The notes under the pieces are model-generated. The model was given only the letters and a program-made list of their open reading frames with translations. It made no database searches and had not been told where the DNA came from. This document shows, piece after piece, positions 1 to 7,371 of a stretch of 32,600 nucleotides of DNA (position 1 is the stretch's first letter; each line of letters starts with the position of its first letter). The position numbers and the translations under genes were made by a program. Where the stretch lies: assembly GCA_021823425.1 (NCBI GenBank), contig JAKANX010000001.1:4068-36667 (forward strand), read 5' to 3'. Source of the stretch: Candidatus Micrarchaeota archaeon. GTDB lineage: Archaea; Micrarchaeota; Micrarchaeia; Anstonellales; Bilamarchaeaceae.

Positions 1-558
1 GTTGCCGGAGGGATGCACGTCGCGAGCTCTTACGAGCACGACGAGACCGGCTTTTCCACGGAACACTTCTCAATGCGCGCCGCGATGGTGAACAAGAGGA
101 TGAGGAAGCTGGACGCGATAATCAAGGGCGAAATCGAGGCTCCGAAGCTCTACGGCCCGCAGGACGCTGAAATCACGCTGGTCTGCTGGGGCTCGCACAA
201 GGGAATCGCCCTTGACGCGATGAACCTGCTCGCCAAAGAGGGCGTGAAGGCCAACGTGCTTCATTTCATATACGTGTTCCCGCTCAACGCAAAGGAGCTG
301 AAGAAGCTCTTCAAGCCCCTCAACAGGACGATGATGGTGGAGAACAACCGCACCGCCCAGTTCGCGGGCGTGCTGCGGGAATACACCGGCCTCAGGCCCG
401 ACTACAAGCTGCTCAAGTACGACGCGAGGCAGTTCTTCCCCGAGGAGATAGCCGCGGAAGTGAAGAAGCTCAAGGAAAGCGGCTGGAAGGGGAAGAAGGA
501 GATACACGTCCTGGACAAGTTTGAATACGACTACCTCCAGGCGGCAAAAGTCCAATAG
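1..558 (+). CDS. korA: 2-oxoacid:ferredoxin oxidoreductase alpha subunit, C-terminal part (5' end lies outside the window)
   Basis: The reading frame is open from base 1 with no stop before the first ATG at 13. The segment ITLVCWGSHKGIALDAMNLLAKEGVKANVLHFIYVFPL looks like the transketolase-C-like domain of OFOR alpha subunits. The beta subunit gene follows immediately. Confidence 0.75.
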   Translation, partial: VAGGMHVASSYEHDETGFSTEHFSMRAAMVNKRMRKLDAIIKGEIEAPKLYGPQDAEITLVCWGSHKGIALDAMNLLAKEGVKANVLHFIYVFPLNAKELKKLFKPLNRTMMVENNRTAQFAGVLREYTGLRPDYKLLKYDARQFFPEEIAAEVKKLKESGWKGKKEIHVLDKFEYDYLQAAKVQ

Positions 559-567
559 GTGATTTTG

Positions 568-1434
568 ATGAGCACTGTTCAGGAACTTTCAACCAAGGAG
601 AAGCCGCAGTGGTGCCCGGGATGCGGCAATTTTAGCTTGCACATGGCGCTCAAGACCGCGCTCAGCGAGCTCGGAATCCCGAGGGAAAAGGCGGTGATGG
701 CCACGGGAATAGGCTGCTCGGGAAAGAGCAACCACTACATCAACACCTACGGCTACGAGTCCCTGCACGGAAGGAGCGTTCCCACGGCTGCGGGAATAAA
801 GCTCGCCAACCACGAACTCACCGTAATAGCCGAAGGAGGGGACGGCGACGGATACGGAATCGGTTCCGCGCACTTCCTGCACTCGTTCAGGCGCAACATA
901 GACATGCTGTATATCGTGCACGACAACGCGATTTACGGACTGACCACCGGGCAGGCCTCGCCCATGACCCAGAAGGGCATGAAGACCAAATCAACCCCTC
1001 ATGGAAATCTGGAAATCCCGTTCAACCCGCTCGCGGTCGCGATAGCCGCAGGAGGGACGTTCGCCGCCCGCGTATTCGCAGGCGACATAATGCACATGAA
1101 GGACGTGTTCAAGCAGGCAATAGCGCACAAGGGATTCGCCCTCGTGGACGTATTGCAGCCCTGCGTGACCTTCAACAAATTGAACACGTTCCAGTTTTGG
1201 CAGCAGAGGGTTTACAAGCTCGACGCGACGCACGACACGTCGAACAAGGCTGCTGCCTTGGAGAAGGCGTTCGAGGAAGTTAATTCCGGGTACGCGAAAA
1301 TCCCCATCGGGGTCTTCTACAAGGAGGAAAGGCCGACGTACGAGAGCGAGGCGCCCCAGCTCCAGAGCGGGCCGCTCGTGAAGCACGCCGTTGCAAATGA
1401 GGCCATAGAAAAAGCCTTGGACGAGTTCATGTGA
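568..1434 (+). CDS. korB: 2-oxoacid:ferredoxin oxidoreductase beta subunit (TPP-binding)
   Basis: Contains WCPGCGNF near the N-terminus and GGDGDGYGIG, a TPP-binding GDG motif. ATG 568 is preceded by AGGTGAT (557-563), a Shine-Dalgarno-like match. The ORF track begins at GTG 559. Confidence 0.85.
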   Translation: MSTVQELSTKEKPQWCPGCGNFSLHMALKTALSELGIPREKAVMATGIGCSGKSNHYINTYGYESLHGRSVPTAAGIKLANHELTVIAEGGDGDGYGIGSAHFLHSFRRNIDMLYIVHDNAIYGLTTGQASPMTQKGMKTKSTPHGNLEIPFNPLAVAIAAGGTFAARVFAGDIMHMKDVFKQAIAHKGFALVDVLQPCVTFNKLNTFQFWQQRVYKLDATHDTSNKAAALEKAFEEVNSGYAKIPIGVFYKEERPTYESEAPQLQSGPLVKHAVANEAIEKALDEFM

Positions 1435-1446
1435 GGGTTTTTGTTT

Positions 1447-1977
1447 ATGATTCGCGGAGGGAAGGGAGGCAGAACGCCCCTAAAGCACGGCCTCCATTTT
1501 GAAAAGAGAACCGATTTTGCGACTGTTATTTCCAGAATTCATGGATACTCGGTTAAGGATGATTGTGTACTGTTCAAAGGAACGGATGTTGCCAGACTTT
1601 ACAAGAAGAATAAGCTCTACCGCAAACTTTTGGCTCCTATGGATGTGGGATATGAAAAATTGATTTCCAAGAAACTTCTACCCGACGACGCTGTGCTGGT
1701 TCTGGGAAACAAAACGTTGTTTATCGTTGAAACGAAATTCCAGACTGTCGCAGGATCTGTTGACGAGAAACTGCAAACCTGCGATTTCAAATTGAAGCAA
1801 TACAGGAAACTCATAAAACCTCTGCACATTGAAGTTAAGTACGTCTACGTCCTAAATGACTGGTTTAGGAAGAAGGAATACAAAGACGTTCTTGATTATA
1901 TTCGGTCAGTAGGATGCGACTACTTCTTCAACGAGCTTCCTTTGGGGTATTTGGGGCTCCCAATTCCTGACTATTAG
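1447..1977 (+). CDS. putative type II restriction endonuclease, PD-(D/E)XK-like, specificity unknown
   Basis: LLPDDAVLVLGNKTLFIVETKFQ gives PD, about 14 residues, then ExK. It converges on a Dam-family methyltransferase and shares its low G+C. First ATG is at 1447; the track starts at TTG 1441. No family was recognised by eye. Confidence 0.5.
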   Translation: MIRGGKGGRTPLKHGLHFEKRTDFATVISRIHGYSVKDDCVLFKGTDVARLYKKNKLYRKLLAPMDVGYEKLISKKLLPDDAVLVLGNKTLFIVETKFQTVAGSVDEKLQTCDFKLKQYRKLIKPLHIEVKYVYVLNDWFRKKEYKDVLDYIRSVGCDYFFNELPLGYLGLPIPDY

Positions 1978-2772
1978 CTCTTTTATTTTGCCACGTTTAT
2001 CTCCCTTGCAGTTTATCGCCCTGATAGCATAGACGACTTCCGGTGTGTATTCTGAGTAAAGATCCGATATAAGATCAGAGTATGAATTGCTGAGAAGCAC
2101 GTAGCAGCCCCGTGAATCCAGCGTTTTGTACGTTTTCATCAGTCTTTCCTGTTCTGTCTCAGAAAAACCCCCTCGCGTGTAATCGGTAAAATTTGAGGTT
2201 CTTGATATTGGCACATAAGGTGGATCAAAATATACCAAATCTCCTTTTCGGGCGTTTTTCAAAACTACGCTAAAATCGCCGCAATAAAGCTCGTCCTTCT
2301 GAAGCGCACGATGGGCAAGAATAAGATTTTGGCTGTCAAGAATTTTTGGGTTCTCGTATCTTCCAAACGGGACGTTAAACTCCCCTTTGGAATTAACTCG
2401 GTAAAGCCCATTGAATGCGGTTTTATTTAGATAAATAAAACGGGCTGCCCGCTCAACATTATTCATAGCTTTTGACGCCCGGATTTTGTAAAAAATCGTT
2501 TCATTATTTGCATATTTTGGCAATGAAAGTTCGGACATCAGCTCAAAAACATCGTTTTTAACAACGCTGTATGCGTTGATTAATTCCTCGTTAAGATCAC
2601 TCAGGTATGCCTTGGCTATTTTTTCTTCAGCCTCCAATCTGAAAAAAAATGCTCCTCCGCCCAAGAACGGTTCATGGTAATTGACGAATTCCGGCAAATC
2701 TTTTGTAAGCTCGTCAAGGAGTTGCCGCTTCCCGCCGGCCCATTTTACAAAAGGTTTTGCTTCGTCCAACAT
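1906..2772 (-). CDS. Dam-family (D12 class, alpha group) N6-adenine DNA methyltransferase
   Basis: N-terminal FVKWAGGKRQLL motif, FLGGGAFFF SAM-binding region and catalytic DPPY (VYFDPPYVP). Confidence 0.9.
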   Translation of the reverse strand: MLDEAKPFVKWAGGKRQLLDELTKDLPEFVNYHEPFLGGGAFFFRLEAEEKIAKAYLSDLNEELINAYSVVKNDVFELMSELSLPKYANNETIFYKIRASKAMNNVERAARFIYLNKTAFNGLYRVNSKGEFNVPFGRYENPKILDSQNLILAHRALQKDELYCGDFSVVLKNARKGDLVYFDPPYVPISRTSNFTDYTRGGFSETEQERLMKTYKTLDSRGCYVLLSNSYSDLISDLYSEYTPEVVYAIRAINCKGDKRGKIKELIVRNWEPQIPQRKLVEEVVASY

Positions 2773-2844
2773 GTTCCCGTTTTTTCCTCTTAGTTGGCAT
2801 TTAAATAATTCTCGTAGCCCTTGCTTTCCACTGCTACCCGAGCG

Positions 2845-3528
2845 CTAAATCTTGTCCAGCTTCTCCTTTATCTTCCCGATGTCCATCTTCGTGACAATGA
2901 GCGGAATCCTTTCCCTCTCCGAAATCTTGAGCGCGAGCTTGTCCACGTCCTCTATCCCGTGCAGCACGACCGCGCTCGGCTTTGATGTAGAAACCCTAAT
3001 CACGACCATCGGGCTCCTTCCAGTGCTCACTCCGGTGAATATGAACACTCTCTCAGAAACATTTCCGTACATGCGCGGGAAATAGGAGAAAGGCATGTCC
3101 AGTATCACTTTCAGCGAGTCTATGAGCGTGTATCCGTAGACCTGCTTGCTCTCCATCATGTCGTGGTTGGTAAGGATTTTCCCCTCAATTAGCGCCGCGA
3201 AGTCCTTTATGCTCATTCCGCGCGCGAACTCGTGCACCTCGAAGTAGTCCTCGACGTTCTTCTCGCCTTCGAGGAGCTTCTGGCTGATTGCGCCGCCCTT
3301 TGCCCGGTCCATTTCAAAGAGGGAGTTCACGAACCTTTTTATCACTCCTGTTCCGGGGCTCTTGCGCCTGTTCGCCTCGTAATCGCTGATCGTGGAGACG
3401 CTTATGCCGAGGTAGCGCGCGAGCTCCACCTGCGAGATGCTGAACACCTCCCTCCACTTCTTCATCGTCGCCCCGGCATCGTCGGAAAGGGATATTTCCC
3501 CTGCGATTTCCAGCTTGATTTTCTCCAT
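2845..3528 (-). CDS. XRE/Cro-type HTH transcriptional regulator with a C-terminal domain (resembles archaeal COG1395-type regulators)
   Basis: SQVELARYLGISVSTISDYEANRRKSP is a classic HTH_3 helix-turn-helix. Its start lies 2 nt after the upstream gene stop and is preceded by GGAGGT. Confidence 0.7.
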   Translation of the reverse strand: MEKIKLEIAGEISLSDDAGATMKKWREVFSISQVELARYLGISVSTISDYEANRRKSPGTGVIKRFVNSLFEMDRAKGGAISQKLLEGEKNVEDYFEVHEFARGMSIKDFAALIEGKILTNHDMMESKQVYGYTLIDSLKVILDMPFSYFPRMYGNVSERVFIFTGVSTGRSPMVVIRVSTSKPSAVVLHGIEDVDKLALKISERERIPLIVTKMDIGKIKEKLDKI

Positions 3529-3530
3529 GG

Positions 3531-5087
3531 TCAGTAAAACCTCCTGCTGCCCTCCAGCGCGAGAACCGAAGTTCCGGCCCCGCGCGCGATTCCGTAGACC
3601 GCCTCGCCCCAGCTTCCCATCTCCGAAATAAGGGCGGACTCGTCCAGCGAGCGCCTGTCCGCGACCTCAATTATCCTTGCAAGGTGCGCTTTAATTTCCT
3701 TTCCCTTGCCGCTCTCCAAAGCCATGGCCCGCTTGACGAGCAGCTTTTGCCCGGAAAGCTCCATTTTCAGCACGTCCGAGCCGCGGGCGACTTCCGTATC
3801 CTCCTCCAGGAGCGCGAGCCGCGGCCCTCCAGCGTACGATGCAACCAGTAGGATGGCGCCCTGCGAGCGCAGCTCCTTCCAAAAAGCGTTCTTTCCTCCG
3901 TGGAGGAAACCGGACGAGAGCGCAACCCATGCGAGCGTCCCGAGGCTCATGGAGACCTTTTCCGCCTGCACGGAGTAATCCTTTCCCCCCGTGAGCCTGA
4001 TTTTCCCGCCGTTGCCGAAATCCGCGCCCAGGCTTTCCAGGAACGCTATCGCGCCCTTATCCAGAGTGAAAACCTTTCCGGCCATGTTCTCGCACGCGTG
4101 GAAGAATTCCGAGAGCTCCAGCATCCTCCCCCCGAGGGGCGAGGCGCGCAGCGAGAGGAACGCGAGGTCCGCGCATGTCCTGAGGTGGAAGAGCGCCTCG
4201 GCCTCGTTCCCCTTCCCTTTTTCGTATTCGGCGCGCGCGAGCATGTAATTGATGTTGGCGAAGAATTCCGGGGAATGCATGGTCTTTCCGCCCATCTCGG
4301 CGTAAGCTCCGTTCCCCTTCGCGCACGAGAGCGCGAAAAACCCCGCGAATTCCCTGCCTTCCGGAAGGGAATTTTCCTCCACATATATCCCCGCGAACCC
4401 GGCAGCCGCAAAGGAGAGCGCCTTGGCGTCCTTTCTCTCCTCAATCCAGCCGTATTCCGCGTCAGGCCCCAGCGCGGAAACCAGGTTTCCCAGCGAGGGG
4501 CTGAACTCCCTGCTTCCGTAAACGTTCTTCCCGTACGCGTATGCGATAAGGAACTCCCTTCCCCCGACCGGCCACACGCCCTCCGTTATGGGAATCGAGA
4601 AAAGCTTCCTCCATCCCCCCCCGACCTTGATATGGCAGTTCGCGCTCTTCCCGTCGCCGTGCACAACCACCTGGGCTTCAAGCTCCCGCCCGCCCCCTGC
4701 CTTGGGCTTGAGGAGGGAAAACGCCTCCCCTTGCCTGCCGGGCTCGCGCGCGTCCCGTATCGCCTTTGAGAAATTCCCAGTTTTAACTTTCGCGAACCTG
4801 AATGCCGAAATTCCCGCCCCCGCAGCCGGCTCGCCTGCCGCCGCTGCGAGCGCCATCGCAAGTGGCGCAAAGGCGAACGCGCCCTTGGGCGTATACGCGA
4901 AATCCGAAAGAAGGCGCGAGCGGTGCGGGGACTCCTGCTGCGCCTCTAGGAACGCGGAAAAATTCTCCGCCGAGGGGACTTCGGACTTGCCCGGGCCCTC
5001 CGAGGGAATCGGAATCCCTATCTCCTCCTCCCGGAAGCCCAGTTCCTTCACGCGCCTAAGGATTGAAATCGAATCGTCAAAGTCCAT
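3531..5087 (-). CDS. hypothetical protein, 518 aa, no recognisable domain
   Basis: Long ORF whose codon usage and composition match neighbouring genes. Start trimmed to ATG 5087 (MDFDDSISIL), 4 nt after the upstream stop and preceded by GTGAT. The 62 codons upstream in the track overlap the preceding gene and are Arg-rich. Confidence 0.6.
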   Translation of the reverse strand: MDFDDSISILRRVKELGFREEEIGIPIPSEGPGKSEVPSAENFSAFLEAQQESPHRSRLLSDFAYTPKGAFAFAPLAMALAAAAGEPAAGAGISAFRFAKVKTGNFSKAIRDAREPGRQGEAFSLLKPKAGGGRELEAQVVVHGDGKSANCHIKVGGGWRKLFSIPITEGVWPVGGREFLIAYAYGKNVYGSREFSPSLGNLVSALGPDAEYGWIEERKDAKALSFAAAGFAGIYVEENSLPEGREFAGFFALSCAKGNGAYAEMGGKTMHSPEFFANINYMLARAEYEKGKGNEAEALFHLRTCADLAFLSLRASPLGGRMLELSEFFHACENMAGKVFTLDKGAIAFLESLGADFGNGGKIRLTGGKDYSVQAEKVSMSLGTLAWVALSSGFLHGGKNAFWKELRSQGAILLVASYAGGPRLALLEEDTEVARGSDVLKMELSGQKLLVKRAMALESGKGKEIKAHLARIIEVADRRSLDESALISEMGSWGEAVYGIARGAGTSVLALEGSRRFY

Positions 5088-5091
5088 CCAA

Positions 5092-6099
5092 TCACTTTTT
5101 TCCCAGCCTGAGCGCGTAAGCCGATGAGAACAGCGCGAAGTTGAGCGCCCCAGCGTCGCCGAAGCGCGAGGTGAACTTTTTCGCCGAAAGCAGGTAATCC
5201 GCCTGCACCGCCCCGGCGTCCAGCCCGAGCTTCCCCGCAATCTCCGCGATTTTTCCGAGCGCCTTCGCCGCAATCCTGGCCGCGGCGCGGTTCCACATCC
5301 CGTTGCGCATGAACGCGGGCGCGAGCATCGCGAAGAACAGGTATTGGGCCGCGATTCCCATCCTGCTCACCTCCGCCATCGCGCCGGACTTGTCCCCGCG
5401 CATGAGCGCATCCCTCGCCTTTGCGAAGGAAGCGTCGCCCAGCACCCTCTGGTAGAGCCTGAGAACCGCCATAATCTCGTTCTTTGCCGCAATCCCGAAT
5501 ATCCTCTCGTAATCGTCCCTCCCTAACCCCAGCGCGTTGCGTGCAGCCACGGACGCGGCCTCCTCCTTCTGCAGCAGCGCGTAGAGCGCGTCGGCGAGCT
5601 CTGGCTTCGCTGCCTTGCCCAGCACCGCGACTATCTCTTCGCGTCTCACCTCGCTTTTCTCTGACAATTCTATGATTTTTGCGAACTGCTGCTCGCCCAT
5701 GCGCTCCGCGTTCGCGTCCAGCACGGAAAGCGAATCCGCGCCCTTTTCCACGTCTCTTCGCAGCTCGAGGAGCGCGTTGAGCCTCTCCTCGGGCATTCCC
5801 ACCGACGCGTACGCGGAGAACGCGTCGCCCTCGGCCTTTCGCACGTCCTCCACCGCCCCCTCCTTGAGCGCCTTTTCCAGCAGGCCGAGAATCCGCTTCT
5901 CCTCCGTGTTCACGAGCATGCCCGTAATCCGCGCGTCAAACCTGTCCACGTCCTTCTCGCTCTTGGGGTTGCGCAGCGCAGCCTTCATTATGTTCCAGAA
6001 GTCGTTCGCGGCGCGCTCAAGCTCCTCGTCGCTCCGCATTATCCCGACCCGGAGCCGCCTCTCCTCCTTCCTCGCATCGGTGAACGCTGATTCGGGCAT
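5092..6099 (-). CDS. hypothetical alpha-helical protein, 335 aa, with a hydrophobic C-terminal third
   Basis: Start trimmed to ATG 6099 (MPESAFTD), which lies 25 bp from the centre of the TATA box at 6117-6131. The longer track ORF would overlap the divergent gene. Composition is E/A/L/K/R-rich and helical. Confidence 0.6.
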   Translation of the reverse strand: MPESAFTDARKEERRLRVGIMRSDEELERAANDFWNIMKAALRNPKSEKDVDRFDARITGMLVNTEEKRILGLLEKALKEGAVEDVRKAEGDAFSAYASVGMPEERLNALLELRRDVEKGADSLSVLDANAERMGEQQFAKIIELSEKSEVRREEIVAVLGKAAKPELADALYALLQKEEAASVAARNALGLGRDDYERIFGIAAKNEIMAVLRLYQRVLGDASFAKARDALMRGDKSGAMAEVSRMGIAAQYLFFAMLAPAFMRNGMWNRAAARIAAKALGKIAEIAGKLGLDAGAVQADYLLSAKKFTSRFGDAGALNFALFSSAYALRLGKK

Positions 6100-6116
6100 G
6101 CTAGGAAAATCAGGCG

Positions 6117-6131
6117 CTATATTTATAATTC
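6117..6131. promoter_or_regulatory. single shared TATA box for the divergent genes starting at 6099 (-) and 6151 (+)
   Basis: CTATATTTATAATTC is the only A/T-rich block in the 51-bp intergenic region. Its centre is about 25 bp from ATG 6099 and about 27 bp from ATG 6151, which fits leaderless transcripts in both directions. Confidence 0.5.
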
Positions 6132-6150
6132 TGGGATACAATTTCACAGC

Positions 6151-6855
6151 ATGGCCAAGAACGCCGAATTTTTCAGGAAGGACAGGATATCCACAGGTGT
6201 GGACGAGCTTGACATAGTGCTCGAGGGCGGCTACCCGAATCCCGGAACAGTGATGGTGCTCGGGCCCGCGGCGCAGGAGAAGCTCGCTTTCGCGTTCCAT
6301 TTCGCGTACGCCGGGATGAAGGAGGGCGAGAAGGTCGCGTACATCGCGCTGGACATGGGCCCCGAGGAAATAGAATCAAAGGCTGCATCGTTCGGTATGA
6401 ACTTCAAGAGCCACACGAACAAGGAGCTCGTATTCATAGACGCATATTCGCAGACGATAGGGACGAGGCCCGAGGGGCGCTCGGACATGTCCATTCCCGG
6501 GCCTTCCGCCCTCAACGACCTCTCGCTCGCGCTAAACGACGTTACGGCGCAGGCCGAGGGCAAGCGCATCCGCGTGATTTTCCATTCGCTCTCCACGATG
6601 AGCCTCTACTCCCCCCCGGAGACGGTAATCAAGTTCCTGCAGGTGATTCAGGGGAGGCTCAAGGGCGCAAACGCGACGAGCCTGTGGCTCGTGGACGAGG
6701 GCATGCACGACAAGAAAGTGACAACGGGCTTAGAGAGCCTCTCGGACCTGGTACTCACCCTCGCGGACAAGGACGGCGGGCACGAGCTCCGCATACCCAA
6801 CATCCCCATGCCGCTTTCGGTGCGCTCGGGCGCGGCAGGGCTGGAAATACTGTGA
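6151..6855 (+). CDS. KaiC/RecA-superfamily protein with degenerate Walker A and Walker B motifs (probable pseudo-ATPase)
   Basis: ISTGVDELDIVLEGGYPNPGTVMVLGPAAQEKLAFAFHFA aligns with the KaiC-like pattern ...GxxGxGKT.... Here the Walker A reads GPAAQEKL, so the second Gly and the Ser/Thr are lost. The Walker B position reads RVIFHSLS, with His in place of Asp. Confidence 0.7.
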   Translation: MAKNAEFFRKDRISTGVDELDIVLEGGYPNPGTVMVLGPAAQEKLAFAFHFAYAGMKEGEKVAYIALDMGPEEIESKAASFGMNFKSHTNKELVFIDAYSQTIGTRPEGRSDMSIPGPSALNDLSLALNDVTAQAEGKRIRVIFHSLSTMSLYSPPETVIKFLQVIQGRLKGANATSLWLVDEGMHDKKVTTGLESLSDLVLTLADKDGGHELRIPNIPMPLSVRSGAAGLEIL

Positions 6856-6885
6856 ATATCATGCTCTCAAGTGCGGAAGAGGCGG

Positions 6886-6940
6886 GTTCCCGTTTCGGGT
6901 TCGCGGTTTTGCCCAGAACGCCGGACCCTGGACACGGAAC
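6886..6940. repeat. heptamer-array palindromic element, copy A
   Basis: Plus strand: GTTCCC GTTTCGG GTTCGCG GTTTTGC (6886-6912). This directly abuts, on the minus strand, GTTCCGT GTCCAGG GTCCGGC GTTCTGG (6940-6913). It shares the 10-mer GTTTCGGGTT with copies B, C and D. Confidence 0.6.
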
Positions 6941-6957
6941 GGTCATGTGGTGATTTT

Positions 6958-7281
6958 GTGGCAGCTGACTTCAAGCAGGTTGTTGACGAGATGAAGGGCA
7001 AGGGCATAGAGACCGCGCTCGTGAAAAGGGACGGCGGCCTCGTGTATTCCACGTTCGGCATGGACGACCCGGCCCCGTACATTGCGCAGTATCTGGCGAA
7101 CAACGCCCAGCTCCTCATGGCGGAGATTGGCGACGACGCAAAGGAGATAGAGGTCGCGTTCGAGGACAACTTCATCGTGCTCATCCCCCTGGACGGCTAC
7201 ATCCTCGTGGGCCTCGTCAAGACGCGGGACGACAAGAAGGTTCTGCGCGGCTATGTGGATTCAATCAAGTCCATGTTTTAG
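6958..7281 (+). CDS. Roadblock/LC7 (MglB-like) domain protein
   Basis: ETALVKRDGGLVYSTFG...FEDNFIVLIPLDGYILVGLV matches the Roadblock/LC7 pattern and size (107 aa). GTG 6958 is preceded by GGTGAT and a 3-nt spacer, almost the same context as the korB start. Start codon choice is uncertain; alternatives are ATG 6871 and ATG 6991. Confidence 0.65.
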   Translation: MAADFKQVVDEMKGKGIETALVKRDGGLVYSTFGMDDPAPYIAQYLANNAQLLMAEIGDDAKEIEVAFEDNFIVLIPLDGYILVGLVKTRDDKKVLRGYVDSIKSMF

Positions 7282-7336
7282 CCCTCGCGCCCGTTTTGCT
7301 TAGCCCGTGTATCTACCCCACACCCCCCGGATTGCT

Positions 7337-7350
7337 CATTTATTTAAACC
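7337..7350 (+). promoter_or_regulatory. TATA box for tldD
   Basis: CATTTATTTAAACC is centred about 27 bp upstream of ATG 7372, consistent with a leaderless transcript. Confidence 0.45.
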
Positions 7351-7371
7351 GCGCCTGCGCAATTCTTTTCC

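Noticed and set aside
2845-3528. The HTH protein as the controller (C) protein of the adjacent R-M cassette.
   Set aside because: At 227 aa it is much larger than C-proteins. It has the high G+C of the host rather than the low G+C of the cassette, and it is translationally coupled to the upstream host-like operon.
5088-5273. N-terminal extensions of track ORFs: 5088-5273, 6100-6300, 18265-18330, 23703-23759 and 6871-6957.
   Set aside because: The extensions overlap the upstream or divergent gene or the TATA box and are Arg-rich or low in complexity. Internal ATG or GTG codons have proper TATA spacing or a GGTGAT-type SD, and they align with paralog or ortholog N-termini.
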